64,000 nt of DNA. Origin: Gammaproteobacteria bacterium (GTDB lineage: Bacteria > Pseudomonadota > Gammaproteobacteria > GCA-001735895). Each line of letters opens with the position of its first letter. Within the stretch, counting starts at the first letter, position 1. The notes beneath the pieces are model-generated. The model worked only from the letters and a program-made list of their open reading frames with translations, did not search any database and was not told the origin of the DNA. The position numbers were made by a program, and so were the translations under genes. The stretch lies in assembly GCA_030066085.1 (NCBI GenBank), contig JASJCI010000031.1:39626-103625 (forward strand). Direction: 5' to 3'. Below, piece by piece: positions 61,865 through 64,000 of the stretch.

Positions 61865-62794
61865 ATCCAGCCGGGCGGCCAGCCGCAACTCCGCTATGTT
61901 GCGATACTCCTCGGGCGGCTTGACCAGGACCAGGTCGCCGGTCAGCGGGAAGGCCAGGTCGTGCAGGCGTGAAAGCCAGAATCGCAGCGCGGTAAAGGCC
62001 AGCATCGCCGGCAGGGCACGCATCTCGGTCGGCAACAGCGCGCGTTGCGCGCGATATGCAGCCAGCGTGGCATTCACTCTTGCCGGGATCAATTCGCCGA
62101 CGCCGTCGATACACCAGTCGTTGAGCAGTACCGCGATATCGAAGCAGAAGTTGTCATGACAGGCGTAGTCGAAATCGAAAATACCCCCCAGTTCACCGTT
62201 CATAAACATGGCATTGTCGTGAAACAGGTCTGCATGTATCGCGCCGGCGGGCAGGGTAGCCGGATCGATTGCTGAAACCCGGCCAAGCACGTCGTCGATC
62301 AGGCTCCGACCGCTATCGTCCATTTGTTTGCGTAACATTTCGCGCATCGACAGTATCCACTGTTGTCCGCGGGGATTGATGCGTCGCGCAGAGTAACCCG
62401 CGCCGGCGAGATGAAAACGGGCCAGCTCCGCGCCGATCGCGGCACACTGCCCGAGATCGGGATTCGCTGCCACTGCGCCGGGCAGGCGTTCGATGATCGC
62501 GGCGGGCCGTTGATTCAAAACCTTAAAAAGCCGGCCCTGTCGATCGATTACCGGCCTCGCGCAGCGGACACCATTACCCGCGAGGTGGCGCTGCAGTCCG
62601 AGAATATAAGCGAGATCCCGCGGCGCGTGATGCTCGTAGAGGGTAAGGATAAAGTCACCCGCGGCAGTATCGAGTCGATAATTCGAGTTGGTGACGCCCG
62701 CCGCTATCGGTTCGAGCAAGCGCGCTTCGCCGATATCGTAGCTCTCGAGAAAATCCGCCAGTTCGGCACTGTCGACCCGGGTGAAAACTGACAT
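61823..62794 (-). CDS. thrB: APH-fold homoserine kinase (Pseudomonas ThrB type)
   Basis: 324 aa from ATG at 62794; aminoglycoside-phosphotransferase fold motifs (HADLFHDN, DFDYAC); adjacent to polA as in Pseudomonas; 42-nt convergent overlap with mnmE. Confidence 0.65.
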   Translation of the reverse strand: MSVFTRVDSAELADFLESYDIGEARLLEPIAAGVTNSNYRLDTAAGDFILTLYEHHAPRDLAYILGLQRHLAGNGVRCARPVIDRQGRLFKVLNQRPAAIIERLPGAVAANPDLGQCAAIGAELARFHLAGAGYSARRINPRGQQWILSMREMLRKQMDDSGRSLIDDVLGRVSAIDPATLPAGAIHADLFHDNAMFMNGELGGIFDFDYACHDNFCFDIAVLLNDWCIDGVGELIPARVNATLAAYRAQRALLPTEMRALPAMLAFTALRFWLSRLHDLAFPLTGDLVLVKPPEEYRNIAELRLAARLDLFTDAKSGEDPAE

Positions 62795-62887
62795 CGGACG
62801 GCCCCACAAAGCATTGATACCGCGCGAGAATGCCGCCGCGGCTGTGTTATGATCGAGCGCAACTGTCTCGTCATTTTAGCGGACGCT

Positions 62888-64000
62888 ATGAATCAAGAGA
62901 AACAAAAAAAACTGGTGCTGGTGGACGGCAGTTCATACCTTTTCCGGGCATTTCATGCGCGCATCAACAGCAACCTGAGCGCGCCCGACGGTTTCCCCAC
63001 CCAGGCGATTTTTATCGTCGTCAACATGCTGCGCAAACTGCTCAAGGACGAGGCCCCGGACCGCGTGGCGGTGGTGTTCGACGCCAAGGGCAAAACGTTC
63101 CGTAACGATATTTATCCCGAATACAAGGCGAATCGACCGCCGATGCCGGACGAACTGCGCATGCAGATCGAGCCGCTGCACGAAATCATCCGGGCCATGG
63201 GCCTGCCGCTGCTGTCGATCGCGGGCGTCGAGGCGGACGATGTCATTGGCACGCTGAGCCGCGAAGCCGCCGAGCAGGATTACGCCGTTTTGATATCTAC
63301 CGGTGACAAGGACATGGCGCAGCTGGTCAATACCCGTGTGCGGCTGGTCAACACGATGAACAACCAGTTCCTCGACGAGGCAGGGGTCGAGGAAAAGTTC
63401 CAGGTCCGCCCGGACCGGATCATCGATTACCTCGCCCTGATGGGGGACAGTTCCGATAACATACCCGGGGTACCAAAAGTGGGGCCAAAGACAGCGGCAA
63501 AGTGGATCGCCGAGTATGGCAGCCTGGATAACGTGATGCAGCATGCCGAAGATATCGGCGGCAAGATCGGAGAAAATCTGCGTGCGTCGCTCGACTTCCT
63601 GCCCATGTCATACGACCTGGCGACGATTCGCCTCGATTGCGATACCGGCGTTACTATCGACGAGCTCGCGGCCGCTGCCGCGGATACCGAAAAGCTGGCG
63701 CAGCTTTACCGGCAGTATGGATTTACTCGCTGGCTCGACGAGCTGGACGCACCCGGCGCCAACGAACAGCAGCAAGCGGCGCAGGAACGGGGGGAATACA
63801 GCTGCGTGCTGACGCGTGAAGATTTCGACGCATGGCTCGAACGCCTGCGCGAGGCCGGTAGTTTCGCGGTCGACACCGAGACCACCAGTATCGATTACAT
63901 GCGCGCCGAGCTCGTCGGTATTTCGCTGTGTGTCGAGAGTGGGCGGGCCTGTTACATTCCGGTCGCGCACGCATACGAGGGAGCGCCGTCGCAACTGGAC
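62888..64000 (+). CDS. polA: DNA polymerase I (5' portion; runs off window end)
   Basis: ATG 62888; 5'-3' exonuclease domain (LVLVDGSSYLFRAFHA...DDVIGT) and start of 3'-5' exo domain; no stop before position 64000. Confidence 0.9.
   Translation, partial: MNQEKQKKLVLVDGSSYLFRAFHARINSNLSAPDGFPTQAIFIVVNMLRKLLKDEAPDRVAVVFDAKGKTFRNDIYPEYKANRPPMPDELRMQIEPLHEIIRAMGLPLLSIAGVEADDVIGTLSREAAEQDYAVLISTGDKDMAQLVNTRVRLVNTMNNQFLDEAGVEEKFQVRPDRIIDYLALMGDSSDNIPGVPKVGPKTAAKWIAEYGSLDNVMQHAEDIGGKIGENLRASLDFLPMSYDLATIRLDCDTGVTIDELAAAAADTEKLAQLYRQYGFTRWLDELDAPGANEQQQAAQERGEYSCVLTREDFDAWLERLREAGSFAVDTETTSIDYMRAELVGISLCVESGRACYIPVAHAYEGAPSQLD

Overview
High-GC (roughly 63-65%) gammaproteobacterial chromosomal segment, with Pseudomonas-like local gene orders, that ends in the replication-origin neighbourhood. 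The origin neighbourhood reads polA(5' part)/thrB-type kinase/mnmE/yidC/yidD/rnpA/rpmH, then a DnaA-box-containing oriC candidate, then dnaA-dnaN-recF-gyrB. The rest of the window is mostly housekeeping:
- LysR, a DUF402 protein and a LysE exporter
- a lipoprotein-lysA-dapF-DUF484-xerC block, and hslVU behind a sigma32-like promoter
- DUF971-ubiE-ubiJ-ubiB, rimO, and a Rieske protein
- a coiled-coil GGDEF cyclase, ibaG/bolA, a FliL-like protein and a small RTX-repeat protein
- rnd-mreDCB diverging from gatCAB, then an SDR and a DnaQ-exonuclease::CBS::DUF294 fusion
- thiBPQ plus a kinase under a clear TPP riboswitch
- GNAT, rbgA, an SRPBCC protein, ybcJ-like, trhO, Asp racemase, a ferredoxin, an orphan ParA, ubiD, a ygiM-like protein and prlC
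- a GIDE/EF-hand membrane protein with lemA
The one region that looks accessory is a roughly 7 kb lower-GC island (about 28.05-35.0 kb) with no integrase or tRNA. It encodes a ring-hydroxylating-oxygenase alpha-subunit homolog with all four Rieske ligands lost, a class I SAM methyltransferase, a LuxI/FeeM-type N-acyl amino acid synthase fused to a cyclic-nucleotide-binding domain, a 3-hydroxyacid-dehydrogenase-family reductase, a DUF4124 exported protein, and a cNMP-binding::HDOD protein. I read it as a candidate, apparently undescribed, cyclic-nucleotide-gated acyl-signal (lipo-amino-acid) biosynthesis and sensing module. No CRISPR, rRNA, tRNA or transposase was recognised. Coordinates of starts are from manual reading of the ORF track and may be off by a few codons.
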